Shown here piece by piece: positions 1 through 8,212 of a DNA stretch of 64,000 nt. Numbering within the stretch: the stretch's first letter is position 1; every line of letters starts with the position of its first letter. Under the pieces are notes generated by a model that worked only from the letters and a program-made list of their open reading frames with translations, did not search any database and was not told where the DNA came from. The position numbers and the translations under genes were made by a program. Source of the DNA: a virus (Duplodnaviria > Caudoviricetes); the IMG/VR virus record IMGVR_UViG_3300029258_002326, positions 32,001 to 96,000 of that record; one strand, given 5' to 3'.

Positions 1-1
1 G

Positions 2-3000
2 CGACGGTCGAATCATTATCGTAGAAGGGAAGGCGCAGGGGTCGCTATACGGAGAGAGAGAGAGGGCTCGGTTTCTTGCTACATGGGAGCACTGCAAGGC
101 GTGCGGGTTCGACATGATTATATCATTCAACCATGCAAGGGACCCCGATCTGTCTCTCGGTCCATTTGTGACACAGGAATTTGTGGAGATGGTGAAACAG
201 GGGTTTGTTCCCATGTCACTGCTTTCGGACAATCGTGCCACTGGGGTTGCGGCAAGGCGAACGGGCTTTGGGCATCACGGGAAAAGAGTAGCTGGAGGAG
301 ACAGAAAGTATCTGTTCAGCACTGTGTCTCCGGACGGGGTGATCGTCAATTGCAGGACAAGGAACAGCCTGCGTGTAGCCGATCATCTTTGCTCTCAGAG
401 CGGGGTTGTTTCTGTTGTAGGCGAAGACAAGATGAGTGCTATTTATCACAAGGTGAATGGAGAGGGGCGCCAGACGGTTGCAGACTTCATGGTTACTCGC
501 AGCGACGGACATATTATTTTTGTGAATGTAGAGAGCAACACGTTTGCAGAGAGCAAGGGCCTCTGTCATCGTATGAATGCAATGTGGGACCATTGCAGGG
601 CTGTCGGTTGCAGTTTCATGATGGTATTTGCCGATGCGTCCGTGGATCCAAATGTGTGGGAGGGTCCGTTTGTCACGGATGCGTTTGTCGAGCGCGTCAT
701 GGGCACAGGGGTGATTCGACAAGGATTAATGGCCGATGCCAGAGTTCCTGCGTTGACGGTGGCGTCTCCGAGCGGGAGCACGATCCATTGCGCGACAGAG
801 AAGGAGATGAGGCTGGCGGAGTGCCTATGTCAGCAAGAGGGCGTGGAGTCCATTTCCTCAACAAAGAGGGAGTGCGTGGCGAGGTTCGAGTTCGAGGGGC
901 GGGCGCGAAGGGCTGTGGCGGACTTTATTGTTCTCATGCGGGACGGGAGAGAGGTGGTTGTCTATTCCATACATGGGACAAACGCGAGGAGCGTATCATC
1001 AAGGAGTGCGCTCATGGCTATGTGGGATCACTGCAAAGAGATGGGCATGAGCATGTTGCTAGCCCTCAAGGAAGCGAGGAATCCAGATCTGTCCCTTGGT
1101 CCGTTCGTGACGCAGGAGTTCGTGGATGGGTATATGCGCGGAGATGCCAAGAGGAGTGCGCTCATAGACAAAAGGCCAAAGGGAAGGAGACCATCTCCGT
1201 TGAAGGGCAGGAAACTTGGTCCTCGCAAGAAAATGACGAACTTGAGTTCGCAGGAATCCGCCCCGAAAGAACACATGTCGAAGAAATCCCTGTCGGTCTT
1301 TGCCTCGCGGAAGTAGTGTCCGTTTCTGCCCTGCCCGCTGAACAAACATATTCTCTATGCACGGAGCATCAGACGTTCATCGCTGATGGGTTCGTGGTGC
1401 ATAATACGAACTTCCCGCCGAACCGTAAGAGCCAGCAGATCACTACAGCTATGGGCCAGAAGAAGACAAAGGCTCACTTTGATATTGTGGAGAAGGTCTA
1501 CCGGAACTTGGTCCGGCGAATAAAGTCCAGGTTCCAGGTTGCAGGCGGGGATTTCCCTGGGATGATCATCTTGGCTTCTTCGGCTGCTACCCTGGACAGT
1601 TTCACTGAGCGGAAAATCCGGGAGAGCAGGCTTGATTCCTCTGTCTTCGTCCGAGATCACACTCAGTGGACGGCCAAGCCTGGGTCTAACTTCTGCGGGG
1701 AGAAGTTCTGGGTTCTGTGTTCGGCGTCCTCTATGCGCTCTAGGATAATCGGAGACGATGAAGTGAAGCACTTCACCGACGAGTGGCTGGAGGAGAACGA
1801 TTCTTTTTTGATCGACATTCCGGTTGAGTACAAGTCGGACTTCGAGACAGACATTGAGAATGCACTAAGGGACCTTGCTGGTATATCTACTCAGGCTATA
1901 TCGATTTATATCCAGAGGCCCGACGCGGTGGACGCGTGTGTGAGCGAAGAGATGGAGCATCCGTTTACTGCGTATGAGTGGACATCCGGGCAGGCCGGGG
2001 CGTTCAAGTGGAACATTCTGTGTAACATGTTCGAGCGTCGGCTGCCTGGCGGATACACGGAGACAGCGTGGTCCCCCAAGATTAATCCTTCGAAGATGAG
2101 ATGGTGTCACATTGATACATCTCTCTCGGGGGACTGTACGGGTTTCTGTGTTGGTCATATAGACAAGTGGGTTGAGGTAGTAAGGCGAGACGGGGACGGG
2201 GTTCGTTACACGGACCTGGCACCCTCTTACGTCATTGACGTGATGTTGCGAGTGAACCCACCGGCTGGAGAGCAAATCTACATGCCGGACTTGCGTCGTT
2301 TCATTTACGAACTACAGGCACATGGTTATCAGTTCCTTGGGTTTTCGTCGGACACATACCAGTCGGCGGAGATGCACCAGCAAGTAAAGAGAAGGGGGAT
2401 TTCTACCCATATCATATCGACGGATACGTCCACGGATCCTTACGATGAGCTGAAGATGGCGATGTACGAGAACCGGATTACGTACTATCATTATCAGCCA
2501 TTTATTGAGGAAATCAAAGACTTGGAATATGATCGCAACGTGGGCAAGATCGATCATCAGCAGGCCGGGTGTTTTGTCGGAGAGACGCGGATTCCTCTTC
2601 TGGATGGAAGCTGCCCTATGATCTCAGAGTTGGATGGGGTGGATACGTGGGTGTACTCCTGTACAGAGGGTGGTCGCATTGTTCCGGGCCGAGCAAGGGG
2701 TCGATTAACGAAAGAGGTGACCGAGCTTGTGGATGTGGTTCTGGACAGCGGGGCTGTCGAGAGGTGTACGCATGAGCACCTTTGGATGTTGAGGGACGGG
2801 ACGTACAAGAAGGCATGCGACTTGGATCCTGGCATTGACCGTTTGATGCCGATTGATTTGAATTCTTTTCCGGTTGAGCACAAGGTCAGGCATGTAACTC
2901 CTGTTCGCCTTGATAAGCCGGTGGCTGTGTATGACTTAGAGGTTGAGGAGTATTCCAACTTCTCGCTTTCTTCTGGAGTGTTCGTCCACAACTCCAAAGA

Positions 3001-3223
3001 CGTTAGTGACGCAGTAGCGGGTGTGGTGTATGGTTTGATGAAGACATCGACCAAAATCCCTGCGATTGTGGGCGATAGTAAAAGTGCCGCTGTTGAAAAC
3101 GAATACGACTGGGTCTCACCTATGATCCAGACGGACGGCATAAGCGCCGAAGAGCTAAGGGACATGAAGGACGCGGGAGATACAGACGTGTCGGAGTATG
3201 TCCCTATTGTGTTTGGAGACTGA
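2..3223 (+). CDS. terL: Terminase large subunit, 5' truncated, interrupted by two inteins
   Basis: Frame open from position 2. The extein after 1405 has MIILASS (coupling-motif-like), the RNaseH-like HIDTSLSGDCTG, and after splicing KIDHQQAG|SKDVSDAVAG. It lies directly upstream of the portal gene. Confidence 0.9.
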   Translation, partial: RRSNHYRRREGAGVAIRREREGSVSCYMGALQGVRVRHDYIIQPCKGPRSVSRSICDTGICGDGETGVCSHVTAFGQSCHWGCGKANGLWASREKSSWRRQKVSVQHCVSGRGDRQLQDKEQPACSRSSLLSERGCFCCRRRQDECYLSQGEWRGAPDGCRLHGYSQRRTYYFCECREQHVCREQGPLSSYECNVGPLQGCRLQFHDGICRCVRGSKCVGGSVCHGCVCRARHGHRGDSTRINGRCQSSCVDGGVSEREHDPLRDREGDEAGGVPMSARGRGVHFLNKEGVRGEVRVRGAGAKGCGGLYCSHAGRERGGCLFHTWDKREERIIKECAHGYVGSLQRDGHEHVASPQGSEESRSVPWSVRDAGVRGWVYARRCQEECAHRQKAKGKETISVEGQETWSSQENDELEFAGIRPERTHVEEIPVGLCLAEVVSVSALPAEQTYSLCTEHQTFIADGFVVHNTNFPPNRKSQQITTAMGQKKTKAHFDIVEKVYRNLVRRIKSRFQVAGGDFPGMIILASSAATLDSFTERKIRESRLDSSVFVRDHTQWTAKPGSNFCGEKFWVLCSASSMRSRIIGDDEVKHFTDEWLEENDSFLIDIPVEYKSDFETDIENALRDLAGISTQAISIYIQRPDAVDACVSEEMEHPFTAYEWTSGQAGAFKWNILCNMFERRLPGGYTETAWSPKINPSKMRWCHIDTSLSGDCTGFCVGHIDKWVEVVRRDGDGVRYTDLAPSYVIDVMLRVNPPAGEQIYMPDLRRFIYELQAHGYQFLGFSSDTYQSAEMHQQVKRRGISTHIISTDTSTDPYDELKMAMYENRITYYHYQPFIEEIKDLEYDRNVGKIDHQQAGCFVGETRIPLLDGSCPMISELDGVDTWVYSCTEGGRIVPGRARGRLTKEVTELVDVVLDSGAVERCTHEHLWMLRDGTYKKACDLDPGIDRLMPIDLNSFPVEHKVRHVTPVRLDKPVAVYDLEVEEYSNFSLSSGVFVHNSKDVSDAVAGVVYGLMKTSTKIPAIVGDSKSAAVENEYDWVSPMIQTDGISAEELRDMKDAGDTDVSEYVPIVFGD
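3..1316 (+). CDS. Nested, out-of-frame tandem TnsA-N-like PD-(D/E)XK nuclease (putative homing endonuclease), 5' truncated
   Basis: Frame 3 is open from position 3 (DGRIIIVEGK...WEHCKACGF). It has three related domains (VADFxV..DG...WDHC...GPFVT) and a basic C-terminus (SPLKGRK). Two repeat copies differ only at synonymous sites in this frame. Confidence 0.75.
   Translation, partial: DGRIIIVEGKAQGSLYGERERARFLATWEHCKACGFDMIISFNHARDPDLSLGPFVTQEFVEMVKQGFVPMSLLSDNRATGVAARRTGFGHHGKRVAGGDRKYLFSTVSPDGVIVNCRTRNSLRVADHLCSQSGVVSVVGEDKMSAIYHKVNGEGRQTVADFMVTRSDGHIIFVNVESNTFAESKGLCHRMNAMWDHCRAVGCSFMMVFADASVDPNVWEGPFVTDAFVERVMGTGVIRQGLMADARVPALTVASPSGSTIHCATEKEMRLAECLCQQEGVESISSTKRECVARFEFEGRARRAVADFIVLMRDGREVVVYSIHGTNARSVSSRSALMAMWDHCKEMGMSMLLALKEARNPDLSLGPFVTQEFVDGYMRGDAKRSALIDKRPKGRRPSPLKGRKLGPRKKMTNLSSQESAPKEHMSKKSLSVFASRK
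1237..1250 (+). repeat. Dispersed palindromic motif, copy 1
   Basis: CGAACTTGAGTTCG, inside the intein/nested ORF. Confidence 0.9.
2570..2992 (+). mobile_element. Terminase intein 2, 141-aa mini-intein
   Basis: G|CFVGETRIPLLDG ... CTHEH (block B) ... VYDLEVEEYSNFSLSSGVFVHN|S, with no endonuclease domain. Confidence 0.93.
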
Positions 3224-3224
3224 T

Positions 3225-6071
3225 ATGGGATTTACCGAACTAGTCAAAGGGCTCTTCAAGAGGGACAGGGATGTCCAGGCAGCAGCTATTGCCAAGGGTA
3301 CGGCGATTGCTACCAACGTCTCTGTTGACAGTATGGATCCGAGTAGCGGGACAGAGGGCGTCAATGCCCTTCAGAGCCAGCTAGCCATCGAGCAAGATCT
3401 GATTTCTCGTTACATAGATTACGAGAATATGGACGACTATGTTGAAACCAGCGCAGCTCTAACGGTGTTCGCGGATGACTCTACTATTCCAGATACCCTC
3501 CATAGGAAGACCGTGTGGGCTACGTCGGAGGATCGGCTCGTTCGCGATCTTCTGAACGACATGCTTCACAGGATGATCCGTATCGAGGAGGACGCCTGGG
3601 TCACAGTTAGGAGCTTGGCAAAGTACGGGAACTTGTACGGGGAGGTTCTGACCACAAAGGGCGGGGTAATAGGTATCAACTGGCTTCCCGCACCGTCGAT
3701 ACGTAGAATAATAAACAGCAAAGGCGTCCTTCTTGGGTTCATCCAAGATGTGTCTGGGCAGTTCAACTACGATGCGGGGGCGCTTGTAGAGGCTCTAGAG
3801 GCTGGCAAGAAGCCCATTCCTGAAAACGAGAACAACTCTGGGATTACCTTCTTCTACCCTTGGGAGATGGTCCATTGGCGGCTGCGCTCCAAGCGGCTTC
3901 GCTCTCCTTACGGGTACGGTGTTCTAGACAGTTCACGGTGGATCTGGAAGCGTCTCCAGTTGATGGAGGACACAGCCCTGGTTCAAAAGCTGACAAGGGC
4001 TCCGGGTCGGTATGCGTTCTACGTGGATACCGGAGACTTGCCGCCTAAAGAAGCGGTGGCTCTTGTCCGCAAGGTTAAGAGCGGATTCAAGAAGAAGCGT
4101 CTGATCGATCCGAGCACAGGCCAGCTGGATCTTCGCAATAACCCGCTGTGCCTAGCGGGTGACACGGAAGTTCCTCTCCTTGATGGGAGTAAAAAAACGA
4201 TAGTCGAGATGGCGGAAGCGTTCGACAGGGGCGAGGAGCAGTGGGTTTACGGCGTTGACAGGAAAAATAACAGCAAGATGGTTCCTGGCAAGGTTGTGTG
4301 GGCAGGTCAGACACGTAAAGACGCTGAGCTAGTGCGCGTTACATTAGATAATGGCGAGTCTTTCAGGGTTACTCCTGATCATAAGTGCATATTGAGAAGC
4401 GGAGATCTGAAGGATGCCCAGGACTTGGTTCCTGGCGAATCCTTGATGCCGTTGCGTAGGACAATCTCTTCTTTTGAGAAGGGAGACACGATGGACGGGT
4501 ATGAGAAGGTCTACGATCCGTCCAGCAAGAAATATGTGTATACGCACAGGATGGTTGTGCGGGAACTAGGGATGAAGGAAAAAGGCAAGCTCACTCATCA
4601 CAACGCAGGGAAGCTGAATAACAATCCTAGTTGCCTTGAGAGCATGACATGGAGAGAGCACTCGGAGCATCATTGTAAACTGGGGCAAATGGGCGGTGCT
4701 AAACTCAGAGAGCTTCGCAAGACGGATAAAGCTCTGGATCAAAAGTTACGAGATGCAGCGTCGAGGACGCTTAAAGAGCGTCACGCTGATCCTGAGTGGA
4801 AAAAGAGGAATGCTGAGGCAGTGCGTCGGAGTAACATCGAGCGTGATAGTGGTAGGTACATCCGTGCCTATAACGATTCTGACAAGCATGTAGAAGACAA
4901 CGCGCAGAGAAGCTCCGCCATGAAGGCGTTCTGGACCGATGATGCCAGGTCTGAGTATTCGGAAACTAGGACGATCAGCTACTCGGATGTCTTCATTTCG
5001 GCGCTAGAGGAATTCGTCAGGAGCAACCCTGGGTCGAGCGCAGACGATGTGGCAGACTTCGTGTCTAGCGATTCTGTTGCTCTAGGTCTTCTCAATGAGG
5101 GAAGTTGCCGCGTGATAAAGAAAGCCCATCGTCATTTGCTTTTAAAGGCGTATAGGGCGCATGGCTATTCTAACTTCAGCGAGTTCAAGGAATCTGCGTG
5201 TTCCTACAATCACAAAGTTGTGTCTGTTGAGCGTCTTTCCGAGAGAGAGGACACGTATACGCTGACTGTTGACTCGTGTCACAACTTTGGCCTTTCTTCT
5301 GGGGTTGTAGTTTGCAACTCGCCATCCGAAGATTTTTGGATTCCTACCCGTGGAGGGAAAGATTCCACAAGGATCGAAGTCATCTCTGGGCCAGATGTTC
5401 AGATGATGGACGACGTGGAATACTTCCAAGGCAAGCTGGTTACATCGACGACGGTTCCGAGGCGCTTCATGGGTCTTGGGGATCCTGGTGACTCTACGAA
5501 CATGATGGCGTCCCAGGATGACGTGAGATTTGCCCGTGCCTGTATGAGGCTCCAGCGTGAGTACGTGCAGGGGCTTGAGAAGGTTGCCCGTATACATCTC
5601 GCGGCGTTGAACATCGATCCCGATTCTGTGCCTTGGCAAATCAAGATGACGGTTCCGTCTGCGATCTTCGAGATGCAGCAGATTGAGGTTATGAATGCCC
5701 AAGCTGGGCTGGCGTCTTCGCTGTCTGATTACATGAGCAAGCCTTGGATTCTCCAACGCGTGTTCAACTTCACGAGAGACGATGCCCAGGCTATGATCCA
5801 GGCGAAACGCGATGAGGAGTCCGGGGATGTTGTCCGGGAAGCCGAAGCGCAAGCGAAGGTCATGAAGTTATTCCCCGAGCTTGAGGGCGCACTCGACGAC
5901 AAAGACGGGGGAGGGAAAGAAGAAAGCGTTTCCCCTAAGAAGGCACCTATAGCGGAGAACGAGGACAGGAGGCTTCTTCGCTCCTTGAGCAAGAAGGCTA
6001 ACGCGATTGAGCGTTCTGTCACTCGGATCAATAAAATGTCACGGATCAACGGGTCCGGAAAGAGGAGTTAG
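3225..6071 (+). CDS. Portal protein (T4 gp20-like) with intein
   Basis: Motifs QLMEDTALVQKLTRAPGRYAFYVDTGDLP and the spliced NNPL|SPSEDFWIPTRGG..TRIEVISG match the gp20 family. ATG 3225 follows GGAGA. Confidence 0.93.
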   Translation: MGFTELVKGLFKRDRDVQAAAIAKGTAIATNVSVDSMDPSSGTEGVNALQSQLAIEQDLISRYIDYENMDDYVETSAALTVFADDSTIPDTLHRKTVWATSEDRLVRDLLNDMLHRMIRIEEDAWVTVRSLAKYGNLYGEVLTTKGGVIGINWLPAPSIRRIINSKGVLLGFIQDVSGQFNYDAGALVEALEAGKKPIPENENNSGITFFYPWEMVHWRLRSKRLRSPYGYGVLDSSRWIWKRLQLMEDTALVQKLTRAPGRYAFYVDTGDLPPKEAVALVRKVKSGFKKKRLIDPSTGQLDLRNNPLCLAGDTEVPLLDGSKKTIVEMAEAFDRGEEQWVYGVDRKNNSKMVPGKVVWAGQTRKDAELVRVTLDNGESFRVTPDHKCILRSGDLKDAQDLVPGESLMPLRRTISSFEKGDTMDGYEKVYDPSSKKYVYTHRMVVRELGMKEKGKLTHHNAGKLNNNPSCLESMTWREHSEHHCKLGQMGGAKLRELRKTDKALDQKLRDAASRTLKERHADPEWKKRNAEAVRRSNIERDSGRYIRAYNDSDKHVEDNAQRSSAMKAFWTDDARSEYSETRTISYSDVFISALEEFVRSNPGSSADDVADFVSSDSVALGLLNEGSCRVIKKAHRHLLLKAYRAHGYSNFSEFKESACSYNHKVVSVERLSEREDTYTLTVDSCHNFGLSSGVVVCNSPSEDFWIPTRGGKDSTRIEVISGPDVQMMDDVEYFQGKLVTSTTVPRRFMGLGDPGDSTNMMASQDDVRFARACMRLQREYVQGLEKVARIHLAALNIDPDSVPWQIKMTVPSAIFEMQQIEVMNAQAGLASSLSDYMSKPWILQRVFNFTRDDAQAMIQAKRDEESGDVVREAEAQAKVMKLFPELEGALDDKDGGGKEESVSPKKAPIAENEDRRLLRSLSKKANAIERSVTRINKMSRINGSGKRS
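4149..5318 (+). mobile_element. Portal intein (390 aa) carrying an HNH endonuclease
   Basis: L|CLAGDTEVPLLDG, VTPDH, HNH-type YTHRMV..THHNAGKLNNNPSCL..EHSEHH, ending HNFGLSSGVVVCN|S. Confidence 0.92.
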
Positions 6072-6074
6072 CAA

Positions 6075-6932
6075 ATGCCATTTATCCAAGGATCCAAGCT
6101 GGACAAGTATTACCGTGGCAGCCTAGCGCACCGGAGTCATGCCGTGGACGTGGCTGTAGCGGAGCGATTCGAGGGCAAGAAAGCTCAGGTCATGGTAGTC
6201 CAGGAAGACTCGGCGGTAGTGGTTATGGATAACAGTCCTGTCCTGATCGTTGGTTACGAGATGGACGGGGACATTGCCAAGATCACAAAAGAGTCCATAT
6301 GTAAAGATATACCCGTGATAGAGAGCGGTAACATGGATGCTTTTGTAGCAGGTGAGCTTAGGGACATTGCGAAGAAGATGGCAATGGGCGAGGACGTTTC
6401 ACGAACTCAAGTTCGCGAGCTGGCATCTGTGATGGAGCCGGGCGGGGACTATTGGCTCACTGGCGTTTTGTCCAAAATAGACGAGTCTACTGAGGACTCT
6501 GATTGGTTCAAAATGTACGAGGCCAACCAGGAGAAGGTCCGCACTGCCATGCACGGTAGTATTAGGGCTATCGAGGGGGCGGTCCCGAGTACAAAATACG
6601 CGAGCATTTCCCCTGGAAAGCTCCATGCGTTTGAGGAAGAAATCAGGGAATCCATGGGTGTCATATCGTCCGTTATTCAAGGAATAGTTGACGAATGCGA
6701 CGCGATCATGTTTGATCAAAAGGAAGATGAGTTCTTTGGTGCCACCTGTGAATCGTTGAAAGTTGAAGCGCAAGTCCTCACGGGCTTGCTCGGCAAGGCA
6801 GAAAAGTTGATGCGTTCTGAAGATATGGAGCGCATGTCCGTGGCACATGACAAACTTGCTGGGCGAGCAAAACAAATGGCAGTCGTTGCCGCTTACCTCA
6901 AAAAGCGCAGCGCAAACGAAGTGAGGAGCTAG
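6075..6932 (+). CDS. Hypothetical prohead core/head assembly protein
   Basis: 285-aa ORF with RBS, between portal and protease (position of T4 gp67/68). Confidence 0.55.
   Translation: MPFIQGSKLDKYYRGSLAHRSHAVDVAVAERFEGKKAQVMVVQEDSAVVVMDNSPVLIVGYEMDGDIAKITKESICKDIPVIESGNMDAFVAGELRDIAKKMAMGEDVSRTQVRELASVMEPGGDYWLTGVLSKIDESTEDSDWFKMYEANQEKVRTAMHGSIRAIEGAVPSTKYASISPGKLHAFEEEIRESMGVISSVIQGIVDECDAIMFDQKEDEFFGATCESLKVEAQVLTGLLGKAEKLMRSEDMERMSVAHDKLAGRAKQMAVVAAYLKKRSANEVRS
6402..6415 (-). repeat. Dispersed palindromic motif, copy 2 (reverse)
   Basis: CGAACTCAAGTTCG, within a coding region. Confidence 0.9.
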
Positions 6933-6934
6933 CA

Positions 6935-8002
6935 ATGATCACGCGCAAAGTCAAAAGTCTAGATGAAGATCTTAGGTCACTCGGTCTAATCGCAGAGGGC
7001 GAAGAGGTTAACTCCAGCTTGCTGGGTGAGGAATCCACGGAAGAAGCCGTTGCAGAAGACGACGATGCTGAAGAATCCGTAGAAGAGGCCAAGAAGCCTG
7101 CATGTGAAGGCGACGATTGCCCCAAGGCTGACGACGAAGAAGAGGAAGAGAAGGAAGAAAAAGACGAGGAGAAAGAGGAAGGCGCCAAGGAAGAGGATGT
7201 CGAGGATCTAGAGATCGACATGCTTGACGAGGACGACGCTCTTGACTCTGATAACGTTAATATGGAGATGCTCAATGCTATCTCCGAGCTTCCGATTTCC
7301 GAGATGGACACAGATGACATAGCGGACGTCTTAGAGGCGCTCAAAGAGAAGAATCTCCCAGAAGGTGACGAAGTTCTCGCTGAACGCGCAGAAGAAATCG
7401 TTGACGTTCTGGTTGCAGAGGCCGTAGCCAAAAAGACCCGTAGGTCCAAGGCTGGCTCCATGGCTAAAAAAGCATCCTTCCAGTGTCCTCAAGGCACTCG
7501 CAAGGATCCAAAAGATCCCGGTGGCCGTCGTTGTGTAAAAGCGGCGAAAGCTGCGGGCGGTGCTGGCAAGCTCGCCAAAGAGGGTCGCAAAAAAGCTCGC
7601 TGGTCCAAGAGCGGCGGCGGACAGAAGTCCCAGAAGAAATCTGCTCGCTGGGCAGCACGTCGTGAGGATGTAGAGCTATCCCCATTCGCAGCGGAACTCG
7701 CTGGGTTGCTGGAGAACGACGATATTCAAGTCGAGAGCGTAGTGACTATTCGCGGTGAGATCATTGATCGCATCGGTTCCATCATGGAGATGCTCCACGA
7801 GGAATTCCTGGACGAGAATGTCACATCCGTCATGGAAGGCGTCTATGAAGGCGTCGTTGAGGCTATGGACGAAGGTCGCCTTGACGAGAACACCATGGGC
7901 GAAGACGACTTTATTGCAGAGCTTAAAGCTCCTCTCCAGCTTATCGCTAAGTCTCTCGGTCAAATCGAGCAGAACGAAGGTAGTGAACTGGGAAACGAGT
8001 AG
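6935..8002 (+). CDS. Acidic/basic prohead core (scaffold-like) protein; probable -1 frameshift extension to 8196
   Basis: Very acidic N-half, Lys/Arg-rich centre with a C..C loop, many L/I-x-E sites, and it ends in G GGA AAC GAG TAG. Confidence 0.65.
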   Translation: MITRKVKSLDEDLRSLGLIAEGEEVNSSLLGEESTEEAVAEDDDAEESVEEAKKPACEGDDCPKADDEEEEEKEEKDEEKEEGAKEEDVEDLEIDMLDEDDALDSDNVNMEMLNAISELPISEMDTDDIADVLEALKEKNLPEGDEVLAERAEEIVDVLVAEAVAKKTRRSKAGSMAKKASFQCPQGTRKDPKDPGGRRCVKAAKAAGGAGKLAKEGRKKARWSKSGGGQKSQKKSARWAARREDVELSPFAAELAGLLENDDIQVESVVTIRGEIIDRIGSIMEMLHEEFLDENVTSVMEGVYEGVVEAMDEGRLDENTMGEDDFIAELKAPLQLIAKSLGQIEQNEGSELGNE

Positions 8003-8019
8003 GCCGTCGCAAAGGCGGC
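7990..8019 (+). promoter_or_regulatory. Putative -1 programmed ribosomal frameshift signal
   Basis: In-frame slippery heptamer G GGA AAC (7990-7996), 6-nt spacer, hairpin GCCGTC-GCAAA-GGCGGC (8003-8019). The -1 frame is open to TGA 8194-8196. Confidence 0.7.
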
Positions 8020-8212
8020 AAAGAGAGAAGGACGAAGTATTCGTCTGGTCGCAAGGAGGCAGTAGGTTTTGAGTCACTCAAGAAAAGCGCTCGTCCGGAT
8101 GGGAAGAAAACTGATAGGAAAGTCTCCCCAGAAGCCAAGCGGAGGCTCAAGCGAAACCCTCTTAGAAGAATACTCGCACGTCAGAAGGCGTGGTGAAGAA
8201 ACAGGTGATGGA

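Larger units (their letters stand above)
2..1405 (+). mobile_element. Terminase intein 1 (C-terminal part; N-terminus lies before the window)
   Basis: Blocks F/G: EVVSVSALPAEQTYSLCTEHQTFIADGFVVHN|T (HN ends at 1405, +1 Thr). The following TNF fits insertion right after Walker B (inferred). Confidence 0.85.

Noticed and set aside
83-1260. ATG 83 as terminase start and its Cys-rich N-terminus as a real domain
   Set aside because: The frame is open upstream to the window edge and lies inside an intein; the composition is the shadow of the frame-3 gene.
8069-8212. TTG 8069 start for the prohead protease
   Set aside because: ATG 8213 has a good RBS, and the interval is better explained by the -1 frameshift extension.
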